A stretch of 64,000 nt of DNA from an uncultured Rhodobacteraceae bacterium. Its GTDB lineage: Bacteria; Pseudomonadota; Alphaproteobacteria; Rhodobacterales; Rhodobacteraceae. A program made the translations under genes and the position numbers. The stretch is taken from the NCBI GenBank assembly GCA_947494445.1, contig CANLVD010000005.1:184947-248946 (forward strand). The letters are read 5' to 3'. This document shows positions 17,408-28,779 of this stretch, piece by piece. Below the pieces are notes generated by a model. That model ran no database searches and was not told the DNA's origin. It saw only the letters and a list, made by a program, of their open reading frames with translations. The number at the start of each line of letters is the position of its first letter. The stretch's first letter is position 1.

Positions 17408-19312
17408 ATGACTCTGACCAAGGCCGTGCTGTTTGACCGCGACGAGGAGCGTTCGCGATGGAACCGGTTCTGGGGGGCAGCTTTGGCGAGCGCTCTGGCA
17501 TTGGGATTGGTCGGGGCATCTGCTGTCCGGGCAGATGAGCACGTCATCACCTCGCATGGGATTTCGGCCTTTGGCGATCTGAAATACTCCGCTGATTTCA
17601 CACATTGGGACTATGTGAACCCGAATGCCCCCAAGGGCGGCACGTTTTCGGCACGCGGAACGGGGGCATCAGGCACGTTTGACAGCCTGAACGCGTTTAT
17701 TCTGAAAGGTGAACCGGCACAGGGGCTAGGGCTGCTGTATGACAGTCTTTTGATCGGATCAGCGGATGAGGCTGACAGCGCCTACGGTCTGGTGGCCGAG
17801 ACGCTGGAATACCCCGAAGACCGGTCCTGGGTGATTTTCAACATGCGTCCCGAGGCAACATTTGCCGATGGCGCGCCGATCACCGCCGATGACGTTGTGT
17901 TTTCCTTCAACATACTGGTTGAGAAGGGCCATCCGGCCTATCGTATCCGCTATGCCGATTTCGACACTGTCGAGGCGCTGGGCCCGCACCGGGTGAAATT
18001 CACCTTCAAGGATGGTGTGCCGACGCGCGATCTGCCCGCAACAGCAGGCGGGATTTCGATCCTGCCGCGCCATTACTATGATAATGTTGATTTTGCCGAG
18101 AGCACGATGACGCCGCCGGTTGGCTCGGGTGCTTATGTTGTGGCCGATGCTCAGCCCGGGCGGTCGATCACCTATTGCCGCAATCCCGATTACTGGGGGC
18201 AGGCTCTCGCGGTGAATGTCGGGACATATAACTTTGAGTGCATCATCTACGAGTATTTTGCGGACCGAACGGCGGCCTTCGAGGCGTTGAAATCTGGGGA
18301 ATACCTGTTCCACGAGGAGTATTATTCGAAGATCTGGGCGACAGAGTATAACTTCCCTTCGCTTGAGAGGGGCTGGGTGATCCGTGAAGAGATCACCGAT
18401 GGCAGGCCGTCCGGAACCCAAGGCTACTGGATCAATCTGCGCCGCGAGAAATTTGCCGACCCGCGGGTGCGCGAAGCTCTGGGCAAGCTGTTCAATTTCG
18501 AATGGTCCAACGAGACGCTTTTCTATGGCATCTACCAGCGCACGGACAGTTTCTGGGAAAATTCACCAATGCAGGCTGAGGGTGTGCCGGACGGTGAAGA
18601 ACTGGCCGTGCTGGAGCCCTTCCGCGATCAATTGCCCGAAACGGTCTTCTCGCAAGAGCCGTTCACGCCACCTGTTTACCGCCCCACGCGGCTTGATCGG
18701 AAAGCGCTGCGTGAGGCCAAGGCCCTGATGGCCGATGCGGGCTATTCGCTGATTGACGGTCTCTATCATGATGCCGAGGGCAAACGCCTGACCATTGAAT
18801 TGATCGACGACAGCCCGGCGTTCGAGCGGATCAACACACCCTTCGTGGACAATCTGCGCAAGGCAGGTTTCGATGCCAAATACATTCAGGTCGATAGCGC
18901 CCAGATGGAGCAACGGCAGGAAGATTTCGACTATGACATCACGCCGGGACGACTGGTCATGTCGCTGTCCCCGGGGCTGGAATTGCGCCAGCTTCTGGGG
19001 TCTGCCGGTGCCGCCGAGAAAGGCACATTGAACCTGTCTGGTCTGGCGGATCCTGTTGTGGATGCGTTGATCGAGAAGATCATCGAGGCGCCTGACAGGC
19101 CAACGGTGGAGGCGCGCGTGCGTGCACTTGATCGGGTGTTGCGGTCCAAACACATCTGGATCCCGCAATGGTATGGCGGCACGCACAAACTTGCCTATTG
19201 GGATATTTTCGGGCGGCCCGAGATCAAACCACCTTATTCTCGAGCCGTGATGGCAACGTGGTGGATCGATCAGGCGAAACTCGACAAGCTCAAGGCTGAG
19301 GGCGCGCTGTAA
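17408..19312 (+). CDS. yejA: family-5 peptide ABC substrate-binding protein, YejA-like
   Basis: Large SBP with signal peptide, followed by yejB/E/F-like genes. Start chosen at ATG (MTLTKAV); the track ORF starts at 17354 (GTG). Confidence 0.8.
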   Translation: MTLTKAVLFDRDEERSRWNRFWGAALASALALGLVGASAVRADEHVITSHGISAFGDLKYSADFTHWDYVNPNAPKGGTFSARGTGASGTFDSLNAFILKGEPAQGLGLLYDSLLIGSADEADSAYGLVAETLEYPEDRSWVIFNMRPEATFADGAPITADDVVFSFNILVEKGHPAYRIRYADFDTVEALGPHRVKFTFKDGVPTRDLPATAGGISILPRHYYDNVDFAESTMTPPVGSGAYVVADAQPGRSITYCRNPDYWGQALAVNVGTYNFECIIYEYFADRTAAFEALKSGEYLFHEEYYSKIWATEYNFPSLERGWVIREEITDGRPSGTQGYWINLRREKFADPRVREALGKLFNFEWSNETLFYGIYQRTDSFWENSPMQAEGVPDGEELAVLEPFRDQLPETVFSQEPFTPPVYRPTRLDRKALREAKALMADAGYSLIDGLYHDAEGKRLTIELIDDSPAFERINTPFVDNLRKAGFDAKYIQVDSAQMEQRQEDFDYDITPGRLVMSLSPGLELRQLLGSAGAAEKGTLNLSGLADPVVDALIEKIIEAPDRPTVEARVRALDRVLRSKHIWIPQWYGGTHKLAYWDIFGRPEIKPPYSRAVMATWWIDQAKLDKLKAEGAL

Positions 19313-19316
19313 CCTG

Positions 19317-20396
19317 ATGGGTGCCTACCTTCTTCGCCGCATTCTGCTGATTTTCCCGACGCTGTTCGGCATTCTTGCGCTGAATTTTCTGTTGATCCAG
19401 TTCCTGCCCGGCGGTCCGGTCGAGCAGGTTCTGGCGGAACTGGAGAACGAGGCCTCAGCACTGGATCGTATTTCGGGCGGCGGGTCTGAAACGGGAGGTG
19501 GCGGAGGCGAGAGCGACTATCAGGGTGCGCAGGGACTGCCCCCGGATTTCATTGAAGAGCTGGAACGCCAGTTCGGTTTCGACAAACCACCCCTGCAACG
19601 GTTTTTCATCATGGTGGGCAACTACCTGACCTTCGATTTCGGCGAGAGTTATTTCCGCTCGATCTCGGTCATTGATCTGGTGCTGGAAAAGATGCCGGTG
19701 TCGATCACGCTGGGCCTGTGGTCAACCTTGCTGGCCTACGTGATCTCGATCCCTCTGGGCATCCGCAAGGCGGTCAAGGATGGGACCCCGTTTGACACAT
19801 GGACCTCTGGCCTGATCATCGTGGCCTATGCGATCCCCGGGTTCTTGTTTGCCATCCTTTTGATCATTTTTCTGGCAGGCGGGTCCTATTGGCAGATTTT
19901 TCCGCTCAGGGGTCTTACCTCCAGCGACTGGGATCAGATGAGCCTGTTGGGCAAAATTCTTGATTATTTCTGGCACATCGCCCTGCCCATCCTTGCGGTG
20001 TCAATCTCGGGATTTGCGACGCTGACGCTGCTGACCAAGAACTCCTTTCTGGATGAGATCAAGAAACAGTATGTGGTGACCGCTCGTGCCAAAGGTCTGG
20101 AAGAGCGTACGGTGTTCTACGGGCATGTGTTCCGCAATGCGATGCTGATCGTGATCGCGGGGTTTCCCGGGCAATTGATCTCGGTTCTCTTCGGCGCGTC
20201 TCTGGTGATCGAAGTGATTTTCTCGCTCGATGGCTTGGGTCGGTTGGGCTATGAGGCAGCGCTGAACAGGGACTATCCGGTTCTGTTCGGGACGCTTTAT
20301 CTATTTGGTCTGATGGGCCTGCTGATCAACATCCTGACCGATCTGGTCTACACTTGGGTCGATCCGCGCATTGATTTCGAAAGCCGCGACACATGA
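19317..20396 (+). CDS. yejB: ABC permease, YejB-like
   Basis: 359 aa DppB-type permease carrying the Gly-rich insertion typical of YejB. Confidence 0.85.
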   Translation: MGAYLLRRILLIFPTLFGILALNFLLIQFLPGGPVEQVLAELENEASALDRISGGGSETGGGGGESDYQGAQGLPPDFIEELERQFGFDKPPLQRFFIMVGNYLTFDFGESYFRSISVIDLVLEKMPVSITLGLWSTLLAYVISIPLGIRKAVKDGTPFDTWTSGLIIVAYAIPGFLFAILLIIFLAGGSYWQIFPLRGLTSSDWDQMSLLGKILDYFWHIALPILAVSISGFATLTLLTKNSFLDEIKKQYVVTARAKGLEERTVFYGHVFRNAMLIVIAGFPGQLISVLFGASLVIEVIFSLDGLGRLGYEAALNRDYPVLFGTLYLFGLMGLLINILTDLVYTWVDPRIDFESRDT

Positions 20397-21502
20397 GGCT
20401 GTCGGGACTGAACCAGCGCCGTCTGGCCAATTTCAAGGCAAATCGCCGGGCCTTCTGGTCCCTGTGGATCTTTCTTGTGCTCTTTTGTCTGTCACTGGTG
20501 GCTGAACTGATAGCCAATGACAAACCCTTGCTGGTCCAATACCGGGGCGACTACTTCACGCCCGTGTTCAACTTCTACCCCGAGACGGTCTTCGGGGGCG
20601 ATTTCGACACGGAAGCCGACTATACCGCGATGGAAGTCAAGTGCCTGATCCGGGCGGGTGGGCTTGAGGATTGTTTCGATGATCCCGAAGGTGTCTTTGA
20701 GGATGCGGCAGATGGCGAGGTGGCAGGAGAGGATATTGAAAAAGGCTGGGTGCTGATGCCTCTGGTCGAGTTCAATTACCGCACCATCGATTACGATCTG
20801 GGCAAGCCGGCCCCGTCTGCGCCCGACAGTCGCCATTGGCTGGGCACGGATGACCAGCAACGCGATGTCGTGGCGCGTGTCATTTACGGTTTTCGCATTT
20901 CGGTCCTCTTTGCGATCGTCGTGACGTTCTTTGCATCGATTATCGGGATTGCAGCGGGTGCGGTGCAGGGGTTTTTCGGAGGCGTGCTGGATCTGTTGTT
21001 CCAGCGCTTCATCGAGATCTGGTCCTCGCTGCCATCGCTTTATGTCATCATCATTGTTGCGGCCATTCTGCCGATCAATTTCACGATCCTGACAACCCTG
21101 ATCATCCTGTTTTCCTGGACAGCACTCGTGGGCGTGGTGCGCGCGGAATTCCTGAGGGCACGGAATTTCGAATATGTGCGCGCGGCCAGATCCTTGGGCG
21201 TGAGCGACGGGACGATCATGTGGCGCCATGTTCTGCCCAATGCGATGGTCGCAACCCTGACCTTGCTGCCGTTCATCATCACAGGCTCCATCGGCTGGCT
21301 CTCGACGCTTGATTTTCTGGGCTTCGGCTTGCCGCCCACCTATCCGTCGCTGGGAGAGCTGGCGCTGCAGGGCAAGAACAACATCCAGAAGCCTTGGCTG
21401 GGGATCACCGCGTTCTTCACCTTTGCCATCATGCTGTCCCTGCTGGTTTTCATCTTTGAAGGCGTGCGGGACGCCTTTGATCCGCGAAAGACCTTCCGAT
21501 GA
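20393..21502 (+). CDS. yejE: ABC permease, YejE-like
   Basis: 369 aa DppC-type permease. Its start overlaps the yejB stop. Confidence 0.85.
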   Translation: MRLSGLNQRRLANFKANRRAFWSLWIFLVLFCLSLVAELIANDKPLLVQYRGDYFTPVFNFYPETVFGGDFDTEADYTAMEVKCLIRAGGLEDCFDDPEGVFEDAADGEVAGEDIEKGWVLMPLVEFNYRTIDYDLGKPAPSAPDSRHWLGTDDQQRDVVARVIYGFRISVLFAIVVTFFASIIGIAAGAVQGFFGGVLDLLFQRFIEIWSSLPSLYVIIIVAAILPINFTILTTLIILFSWTALVGVVRAEFLRARNFEYVRAARSLGVSDGTIMWRHVLPNAMVATLTLLPFIITGSIGWLSTLDFLGFGLPPTYPSLGELALQGKNNIQKPWLGITAFFTFAIMLSLLVFIFEGVRDAFDPRKTFR

Positions 21503-21584
21503 GATCTGGCGCAGGGACATCCATCGGCGCAGCGCGGAACACCCCCATCGAGGGGGAGTTCCGCGCGCATGTGTTCGGGGCTCG

Positions 21585-23222
21585 ATGCCCCGGACACCTG
21601 CTGCCCTCCTCGACAGGTGCAGCGCTTTGAGTGATCCCATCCTCTCAGTGCGCGATCTTGCCATCGTGTTTTCCCAGGGCGGGGCCGAAACCAAGGCCGT
21701 GCGGGGTGTGAGTTTTGACATGGCACCGGGGGAGACGGTCGCCCTTGTCGGGGAAAGCGGCTCGGGCAAGTCGGTCACGGCCCTGTCCACAGTAAAGCTT
21801 TTGCCAGAGAACGCGCGCATCTCAGGCTCGGTCCGCTTTTCGGGCGAAGAGTTGATCGGCGCGGATGATGCCAAGCTGCGTCAGGTCCGTGGCAATGACA
21901 TCAGCTTCATCTTTCAGGAACCGATGACCTCGCTCAACCCGTTGCACCGTCTGGACCGACAGATCGCCGAAAGCCTGACGCTGCATCAGGGCCTGACCGG
22001 AGAGGCCGCACGGACACGCACGCTGGAACTGCTCACCCAGGTTGGCATTCGGGACCCCGAAAGCAGGTTGAAAAGCTATCCCCATGAACTTTCCGGCGGG
22101 CAGCGTCAACGCGTGATGATCGCCATGTCACTTGCCAACAATCCCAAGGTGCTGATCGCGGATGAGCCGACAACGGCGCTGGATGTGACCATAGAGGCGC
22201 AGATCCTTGATTTGCTAAAGGACATTCAACATGCGCGCCGCATGTCGATGCTGTTCATTACCCATGATCTGGGTGTGGTCCAGCGCATCGCGGACCGGGT
22301 CTGCGTGATGAAAGACGGGGAGATCGTCGAGACTGGCCCCACGGACCGGATTTTCAGCGCCCCACAACACCCCTACACGGTCAAGCTGATCGAGGCGGCG
22401 CCCAAGGGCGTTCCCGACCCGCTGCCCGATGGTGCCGAGGTCGTGGCCGAAGCAAAGAATCTGAAGGTCTGGTTCCCGGTTACATCCGGTCTGATGCGCC
22501 GGGTGACCGGTCACATCAAGGCGGTCAATCCAACCGATTTTCATGTGCGTGCCGGTGAGACACTCGGTATTGTCGGCGAAAGCGGATCAGGCAAGACGAC
22601 ACTGGCACTGGCCGTGTTGCGCCTGATCAGTTCAAGCGGAGAAATCACCCTTGAAGGCCGTCGCATCGATGGCCTGAAATCCCGCGCTTTGCGTCCATTG
22701 CGGCGCAAGATGCAGATGGTGTTTCAGGACCCGTTCGGGTCTCTGTCACCGCGCATGACCATTGCCCAGATCGTGGCCGAAGGCCTGCGGCTCCATGGTG
22801 CTGACGGCGATCAGGATGACGCTGTGGCCGAGATGCTGACCGAAGTGGGGCTGTCACCGGAGATGATGCAGCGGTATCCGCATGAGTTTTCAGGTGGTCA
22901 GCGTCAGCGCATCGCCATTGCACGGGCCATGATCCTGCGCCCCAAGCTGCTGCTGCTGGATGAGCCAACCTCGGCACTTGATATGACCGTGCAGGTCCAG
23001 ATCGTTGACCTGTTGCGTGATTTGCAGAAAAAATACGGGCTCGCCTATCTGTTCATCAGTCACGATCTGCGGGTGGTGCGTGCCATGTCTCACAGGGTGA
23101 TGGTGATGAAGGCTGGTGATGTGGTTGAGGCTGGTCCGTCCGAACAGATCTTCTCCGATCCACAAAACCCCTACACGCAAACCCTTTTGCAGGCCGCATT
23201 GCGGAAGTCCGACAGAACCTGA
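21585..23222 (+). CDS. yejF: double-NBD ABC ATPase, YejF-like
   Basis: Two Walker A motifs (GESGSGKS twice), two LSGGQRQR signatures and oligopeptide-type C-terminal motifs. The track ORF N-terminus (from 21309) overlaps yejE and is rejected. A TTG at 21627 is an alternative start. Confidence 0.9.
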   Translation: MPRTPAALLDRCSALSDPILSVRDLAIVFSQGGAETKAVRGVSFDMAPGETVALVGESGSGKSVTALSTVKLLPENARISGSVRFSGEELIGADDAKLRQVRGNDISFIFQEPMTSLNPLHRLDRQIAESLTLHQGLTGEAARTRTLELLTQVGIRDPESRLKSYPHELSGGQRQRVMIAMSLANNPKVLIADEPTTALDVTIEAQILDLLKDIQHARRMSMLFITHDLGVVQRIADRVCVMKDGEIVETGPTDRIFSAPQHPYTVKLIEAAPKGVPDPLPDGAEVVAEAKNLKVWFPVTSGLMRRVTGHIKAVNPTDFHVRAGETLGIVGESGSGKTTLALAVLRLISSSGEITLEGRRIDGLKSRALRPLRRKMQMVFQDPFGSLSPRMTIAQIVAEGLRLHGADGDQDDAVAEMLTEVGLSPEMMQRYPHEFSGGQRQRIAIARAMILRPKLLLLDEPTSALDMTVQVQIVDLLRDLQKKYGLAYLFISHDLRVVRAMSHRVMVMKAGDVVEAGPSEQIFSDPQNPYTQTLLQAALRKSDRT

Positions 23223-23345
23223 CATCCGCCTGTCTGCATACGATTGCAAAATGCGCCCAAACTGTCTTAGATGCGAGAAAATCATTTTGATGCTGAAAGC
23301 GCCGGAAGACGCGCCTCAGCCGGGACAGCGGGAAGGGCCAAGCGG

Positions 23346-24476
23346 ATGCACCAGTTCACCACCACCCATGCAGGATCGCTTCCGCGTACGCAGGAAGTTG
23401 TCGATTTCATCTTTGCGCGAGAACATGAGAAGCCCTTTGATCAGGCGGCATTTGATGCCTGTATGACCGATGCCGTATCGGCGACGGTCAAAAAGCAAAA
23501 GGTTGCGGGTGTGACTGTGGTCTCGGATGGCGAGACCTCGAAGATCTCCTATGCGACTTACGTCAAGGACCGCTACACCGGGTTTTCCGGCGACAGCCCG
23601 CGCAATGCGCCTGCTGATCTCAAGCAGTTCCCGGGGTTCCTGAAACGTCTGGCCGATGAGGGGGGAACACCACAATACGCGCGCCCCATGTGCACCGGAG
23701 ATGTAACCTCCAAGGGGCAGGGGGAGTTGTTGAAGGACATCTCGAACCTCAAGTCGGCGATGGCAACTCACGGCATTGAGCGGGGCTTCATGAACGCCGC
23801 CTCACCGGGTGTGATTTCCCTCTTTCTGCAGAATGATCACTACTCCAGCCGAGAGGCCTATCTTGCGGCTCTCGCCGATGCGATGGCCGAAGAGTACCGG
23901 ACAATCATCGATGCGGGTCTTGATCTGCAACTGGATTGCCCCGATCTCGCGCTCAGCCGTCATATGCTTTTTGCCGATCTGTCGGATGCAGAATTCCTCA
24001 AGATCGCAGCTTCCCATGTTGAGGCGTTGAACGGTGCGCTTGCTGGCATCGATCCGGCCCGCGTGCGGGTGCACATCTGTTGGGGCAATTACGAAGGACC
24101 TCATGTCTGTGACATCGACATGGACACAGTCTTTTCGACCCTGATGAGCGTCAACGCCTCACAGCTCTTGTTTGAAACGTCGAACCCGCGCCATGCCCAT
24201 GAATGGACCGTGTTTCGGGACCGCAAGACCGAGATCCCGGATGACAAGGTGCTGGTGCCCGGTGTGGTGGATACGACCACCAATTTTGTCGAGCATCCGG
24301 AGCTGGTGCACCAGCGGATCGATCGTTTCGTCGACATCGTCGGCCGTGACCGGGTGATTGCGGGTACGGATTGCGGCTTTGGCACGTTTGCGGGCTTCGG
24401 GGCAGTTGACCCCGACATTGCATATGCGAAGCTGGCCACATTGCGCGCGGGCGCGGATCTTGTGGAAAAAGGGTAG
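23346..24476 (+). CDS. cobalamin-independent methionine synthase II-family (MetE C-terminal-like) protein
   Basis: Starts MHQFTTTHAGSLPRT. Length about 376 aa, typical of stand-alone MetE-like methyltransferases. Confidence 0.75.
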   Translation: MHQFTTTHAGSLPRTQEVVDFIFAREHEKPFDQAAFDACMTDAVSATVKKQKVAGVTVVSDGETSKISYATYVKDRYTGFSGDSPRNAPADLKQFPGFLKRLADEGGTPQYARPMCTGDVTSKGQGELLKDISNLKSAMATHGIERGFMNAASPGVISLFLQNDHYSSREAYLAALADAMAEEYRTIIDAGLDLQLDCPDLALSRHMLFADLSDAEFLKIAASHVEALNGALAGIDPARVRVHICWGNYEGPHVCDIDMDTVFSTLMSVNASQLLFETSNPRHAHEWTVFRDRKTEIPDDKVLVPGVVDTTTNFVEHPELVHQRIDRFVDIVGRDRVIAGTDCGFGTFAGFGAVDPDIAYAKLATLRAGADLVEKG

Positions 24477-24480
24477 GATC

Positions 24481-25230
24481 ATGACTGTGAACTCGGAATT
24501 CAAACGTAGGTTGCTTGCCCGTGAGCGGCTCATGGGTGCTTTCATCAAGACCCCTCATCCGATTGTGATCGAAATCATGGGGGGCTCGGGCCTTGATTTT
24601 CTGGTGCTTGACGGCGAACACGCGCCATTTGAGCGGGCCAACATAGACACTTGCATGATTGCAGCGCGCGCCATTGGCTGCCCGGTCGTTGTGCGCGTTC
24701 CCGACAACACACAATCGACCATTCTGGCCGCCCTCGACAGCGGTGCGGCGGGCGTGGTCGTGCCTCATGTCAATTCCGTTGCGCAAGCCGAGGCGCTGGC
24801 CAAATCCATGCATTACGTGAGCGGCGGGCGGGGGTTTGCCGGAACCACACGGGCCGCAGATTACGCCAAGCGCAAACTGCCAGAGCACAAGGCACAGGCC
24901 CGGGACGAGGTTTGCCTGTTCGTGCAGATCGAGGACATGGAGGGCTATGCCATCCGCGACCAGATCGCCGCAGTCGAAAATGTCGATGCGCTTTTCATCG
25001 GACGGGGTGATCTGGCTGTCGATTCCGGCTATGACGACTTCTTCGCCAAGGAAGTTGGTGAAATGACCGACAATATTCTGGCCTGCAAGGATGCAATCAC
25101 CGGTCTTTATTGCGCGCCGGGCGAGCCGATTGACCGCTGGGAAAAATCCGGTAGCAGCTATTTCGTCATCGGATCAGAACACACGCTCATGACACAGGGT
25201 GTGAACCAGATGCTGGCGGATATCGACTGA
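24481..25230 (+). CDS. HpcH/HpaI family aldolase
   Basis: 249 aa with motifs GLDFLVLDGEHAPF and QIEDMEG. Start taken at ATG 24481. Confidence 0.85.
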   Translation: MTVNSEFKRRLLARERLMGAFIKTPHPIVIEIMGGSGLDFLVLDGEHAPFERANIDTCMIAARAIGCPVVVRVPDNTQSTILAALDSGAAGVVVPHVNSVAQAEALAKSMHYVSGGRGFAGTTRAADYAKRKLPEHKAQARDEVCLFVQIEDMEGYAIRDQIAAVENVDALFIGRGDLAVDSGYDDFFAKEVGEMTDNILACKDAITGLYCAPGEPIDRWEKSGSSYFVIGSEHTLMTQGVNQMLADID

Positions 25231-25231
25231 C

Positions 25232-25531
25232 CTAGAAATTGCTGAGGCGTTTCACATTGGCAGTCGTGCTGGCACGTACCGGCGCGATTGCCGCTTTCAG
25301 CACCTGATCGGGAAGGTTGCCTGAAATGGCGCTCATCCCGGCGGCAGTGGCCGAGCGGGCAAAGGCGAACTGTTTTTCGGTGATCATCCGGCTGATTTCA
25401 GACGGTGCGACGGGCCAGAGACCGGCCAGTCCCATCATGCGCAGGCCGATGACGGTATTGGCTTCGAAGCTCAACTCCACAAGGTCGCGGCAGTTGTCCC
25501 AGATTTGGATCGGGTTGGTTTTGGATGACAA
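25232..25531 (-). CDS. small conserved hypothetical protein
   Basis: 99 aa ORF with good coding character. It resembles small Rhodobacterales proteins I recall seeing auto-annotated as 'antifreeze protein' (from memory, unverified). Confidence 0.45.
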   Translation of the reverse strand: MSSKTNPIQIWDNCRDLVELSFEANTVIGLRMMGLAGLWPVAPSEISRMITEKQFAFARSATAAGMSAISGNLPDQVLKAAIAPVRASTTANVKRLSNF

Positions 25532-25650
25532 GATTGCACCTCCTCATGCGTAGGGCAGACGTTGTCTGAACCCTTCGGAACAACCCTCCCCGCATCTTTT
25601 GTGCGATGCAACATGGATAGGGAAAACCATTTGGAAAGTAAAGCTATTCT

Positions 25651-26400
25651 TTAAGGCAGGAGGCCCTTGGTCCGGCGTTCAAGGCGTGTGGCAAGAATGC
25701 CAAGCGCCCAGTGCATCAGCACCGTGAAGGAGGCCAGCACCACCAGTGCGGCGAACATCAGATCGGTTTTCGCCCGTCCATTTGCCAGCAGCATCAGGTA
25801 GCCCAGACCGCGCGATGCGCCGACCCATTCACCGATCACAGCCCCGATGGGAGCATAGACCGCCGCGAGCCTGAGGCCCGATGCAAGATTGGGCAAGGCT
25901 GATGGCACACGGATGCGCCAGAGCACGCGGGCAGGCGTCGCGTTCATTACGCGAGCCAGATCAAGATAGCCCTTTGGCGTGTTCATCAGCCCATCCAGAA
26001 AGTTGGACGTGACCGGGAAATAGATGATCAGCACGGTCATCAGGATCTTGGACCCGATCCCGTACCCCATCCAAAGGGTCAGAACCGGCGCAAGGGCAAA
26101 GACCGGCACAGCTTGGGAGAAGACAAGCGCGGGCATCACGAACCTGCGCGCCATGGGCGAGGTGCTTAGATGCAAAGCGGTAGCGGCACCCATTGTGGTG
26201 CCAAGGACCAGCCCTGCCAGCACTTCCAGCCCGGTGATCCATGCATTTTCGAAGATCAGAGCACGCGATGTCCACAGGGTCTCGGCTACCTTGGCGGGTG
26301 CGGGCAGAATAAAGCCTGGTGCACCGGTCAGTGTGACGACCACTTGCCAGATCGCGATCAGGACCAGCGCCACAATGCAACCGTTGAGCAGGCTTTTCAT
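25651..26400 (-). CDS. ABC permease (NitT/TauT-type), thiamine-pyrimidine salvage operon
   Basis: 249 aa with 6 TM helices. Overlaps the stop of the upstream ATPase gene. Confidence 0.85.
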   Translation of the reverse strand: MKSLLNGCIVALVLIAIWQVVVTLTGAPGFILPAPAKVAETLWTSRALIFENAWITGLEVLAGLVLGTTMGAATALHLSTSPMARRFVMPALVFSQAVPVFALAPVLTLWMGYGIGSKILMTVLIIYFPVTSNFLDGLMNTPKGYLDLARVMNATPARVLWRIRVPSALPNLASGLRLAAVYAPIGAVIGEWVGASRGLGYLMLLANGRAKTDLMFAALVVLASFTVLMHWALGILATRLERRTKGLLP

Positions 26401-27113
26401 GCGGCCCTCAACTGTCTGAGAAGGGCGGTCTGCCGGTCCAGAACTGCCGGGTCATCAACCGCGCGAATGGGTGTCCCGCTGGGGGCGGCTACTTTTGAGA
26501 TGCCGCTGTCCTGCATCAGCAGGATTTCGGTTCCAAGCCGTGCAGCCTCGGCCGGGTCATGCGTGACCAGCAGAACGCTGCGCCCTTTCAGCAATTCAAA
26601 CGCCAGCTCCTGCATTTCGGCACGTGTCTTTGCATCAAGTGCGGAAAACGGCTCGTCCAGAAGCACGATGGGCCGGTCTTCCATCAACGTTCGCGCCAGA
26701 GCAGCCCGTTGCCGCATTCCACCGGAAAGCGCAGGTGGATGCTTGTCGCGATGGGCTTGTAGACCGGTCCGCACAAGCAGGTCATCCAGCCGGGCCTCTG
26801 TCGCTTCACCCCGCAGCTTCGCTCCAAGCTGGATGTTCTGCGCCACGTTCAGCCAAGGCAGCAGCAGATCGGACTGCGCCATATAGGCAAGCCGTCCTTC
26901 AAGGGACTTGCCGTCGCTGGTGGACACTTCTCCCGAGAACGCCACACCCACATCCAGACCGGCAATCAGGCGCAAGAGCGTGGATTTACCCACACCCGAG
27001 GGACCCAGAAGACAGGTCCAGACACCAATGGGCAGGGCCAGATCAACGGCAGTCTGCGGACCCGCCCCCATGTGCAATTGACCTGTGAGGTGAACCTCAG
27101 GCGGCTGCATCAT
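26397..27113 (-). CDS. ABC ATP-binding protein (NitT/TauT-type)
   Basis: Walker A GPSGVGKST, signature LSGGMRQR, Walker B LLDEPFSALD. Start set at MMQPPEV, directly after the tenA stop. Confidence 0.85.
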   Translation of the reverse strand: MMQPPEVHLTGQLHMGAGPQTAVDLALPIGVWTCLLGPSGVGKSTLLRLIAGLDVGVAFSGEVSTSDGKSLEGRLAYMAQSDLLLPWLNVAQNIQLGAKLRGEATEARLDDLLVRTGLQAHRDKHPPALSGGMRQRAALARTLMEDRPIVLLDEPFSALDAKTRAEMQELAFELLKGRSVLLVTHDPAEAARLGTEILLMQDSGISKVAAPSGTPIRAVDDPAVLDRQTALLRQLRAA

Positions 27114-27790
27114 GCGCCCCGCAGCCCCATGTCCCAGAAACGGGCCTCCAATGTGGTGGCCGTATCGAACCGGGTTTGCAGCGATGCCCACCGTGGAGAG
27201 GTCTGGGACGATGGTCCAATGCGCGCCGCCACAGCGTCATCGATCATCCGACCCACATCCTGACAGAGCGCCTGATAATCCTGACCGCCATATGTGTTGA
27301 TCCAGTCCAGATATGCGGTGTCAGGAGAGTGGGACGCGATCAGATCTGCACCAATTTCCCCGTATCCCAGAACACATGGGGCAAGAGCTGCCATCAGATC
27401 GAGAAAATCCCCCGACAGGCCAGCATCCATGACATAGCGCGTATAGGCCATGTTCTCAGGCGCTTCGGCTGTCGCGAAAAGCTCCTGTTCCGTGATGCCT
27501 TCTGTTGCACAGGTCTGCACATGCATCTGCATCTCGGTGTTGACCAGCGCGTCCACCGTACCGGCGGCGGCCTTCATCTCGTCCAGTGATCCGGATTTTA
27601 CCACCGCCAAGGCCCAAGCCCGCGAGAAATGGATCAGGAAGACATAATCCTGCTTGAGGTAATGCAGGAACGCCGCTCGTGGCAGCGTTCCGTCGCGCAG
27701 GCCTTCAACAAAGGCATGACGGGTGTAGGCAGGCCAGCGCGCGCCCGCAGACGCACGCCACGCTGTATGGGTGGTACCGTAACCGTTCAC
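27110..27790 (-). CDS. tenA: TenA-family aminopyrimidine aminohydrolase (thiaminase II)
   Basis: 226 aa with motif FLHYLKQDYVFLIHFSRAWA, in a thiamine salvage context behind a TPP riboswitch. Confidence 0.85.
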   Translation of the reverse strand: MNGYGTTHTAWRASAGARWPAYTRHAFVEGLRDGTLPRAAFLHYLKQDYVFLIHFSRAWALAVVKSGSLDEMKAAAGTVDALVNTEMQMHVQTCATEGITEQELFATAEAPENMAYTRYVMDAGLSGDFLDLMAALAPCVLGYGEIGADLIASHSPDTAYLDWINTYGGQDYQALCQDVGRMIDDAVAARIGPSSQTSPRWASLQTRFDTATTLEARFWDMGLRGA

Positions 27791-28722
27791 CGGGCGGTCA
27801 CGTCAATGGCGATGTCAGACACCGCGTTTTCAGATGGAATCATGCCGGATCTTGCCAGAAATGCCTCAAACCGGGCGTAGCGGCCCGCATCGAGGGCAGC
27901 CGGGCGCAGGGCAAAACGGGGCAGGGTGTCAACCCAGGCTTTTGCGTTCAATTCGTCCTGCAGTTCCACAGCGGTGCCCGAAAAGATCTCCCAGCTTTCG
28001 ACCGGGTGATTGATGATATACTGGGTCGCGAGTTCGGTTGCCGCCAGAAAGCGCTCGATCATGTCGGGGTCCATGGTTTCGGGATTGGCCACGTAGATCA
28101 ACTCGTCATAGGCGGGCAGGCCTTCTTCTTCGAGATAGAAACAGCGGCCTTCGACACCTTCGATTTCCATCTGGTTCAACTCGAAATTGCGGAACGCGCC
28201 GATGACGGCATCGACCTGACCAGACATGAGCGACGGCGAGAGCGACCAGTTGACGTTGACCAGTTCAACATCATCCATCCCAAGGTCATGGGGGGCGAGG
28301 ATCGCGCCCAGAAGCGCCTCTTCTACACCTGCGACCGAGAAACCGACCTTGCGGCCCTTGAGGTCTGCCAGCGATTTGACCGGGCCTTCTGCGAGCACCA
28401 GCAGACAGTTGAGCGGTGTGGCAACCAGAGTGCCGACCCGTTTGAGCGGCAGGCCCTCATGGATCTGCAGATGCAGTTGCGGCTGGTAGGAAACGGCCAG
28501 ATCGGCCCGACCGGCTGCAGCCATCTTGGGGGGATCGGCGGGATCGGCAGGTGCGATCACCTCGACCTCAAGCCCCTGATCGGCGAAGTACCCTTTCTCC
28601 TGCGCAATAATGATCGGGCCGTGGTCTGGATTGACGAACCAGTCAAGGATCAGGGTCATCTTGTCAGCGGAATGTGCCGGAAGGGCAAGGGTGAGGCTCA
28701 GAAGGGCGGCGGTCAGGCGCAT
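27787..28722 (-). CDS. NMT1/THI5-like substrate-binding protein (ThiY-like HMP precursor binding)
   Basis: 311 aa with signal peptide, then TLILDWFVNPDHGP as in NMT1/THI5-family SBPs. First gene after the TPP riboswitch. Confidence 0.8.
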   Translation of the reverse strand: MRLTAALLSLTLALPAHSADKMTLILDWFVNPDHGPIIIAQEKGYFADQGLEVEVIAPADPADPPKMAAAGRADLAVSYQPQLHLQIHEGLPLKRVGTLVATPLNCLLVLAEGPVKSLADLKGRKVGFSVAGVEEALLGAILAPHDLGMDDVELVNVNWSLSPSLMSGQVDAVIGAFRNFELNQMEIEGVEGRCFYLEEEGLPAYDELIYVANPETMDPDMIERFLAATELATQYIINHPVESWEIFSGTAVELQDELNAKAWVDTLPRFALRPAALDAGRYARFEAFLARSGMIPSENAVSDIAIDVTAR

Positions 28723-28779
28723 GTCTTGGTCCTTGTCATATTGGAACGCAAGAAATGGTTCTGACCCGTTGCCTTGGGT

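Noticed and set aside
21309-21584. N-terminal extensions offered by the ORF track (yejF from 21309, tilS from 43638, ftsH from 44982, ruvC/A/B, fhs, the DMGDH-like gene, the ICMT-like gene)
   Set aside because: The extensions overlap upstream genes or the SRP RNA and lack homology-like sequence. Internal starts give canonical N-termini, several with Shine-Dalgarno sites or start/stop coupling.
23223-23345. Cobalamin or SAM riboswitch upstream of the MetE-like gene
   Set aside because: The spacer is only about 120 nt and lacks a B12 box (rAGYCMGgAgaCCkGCc-like) or SAM-II/SAM-V-like motifs.
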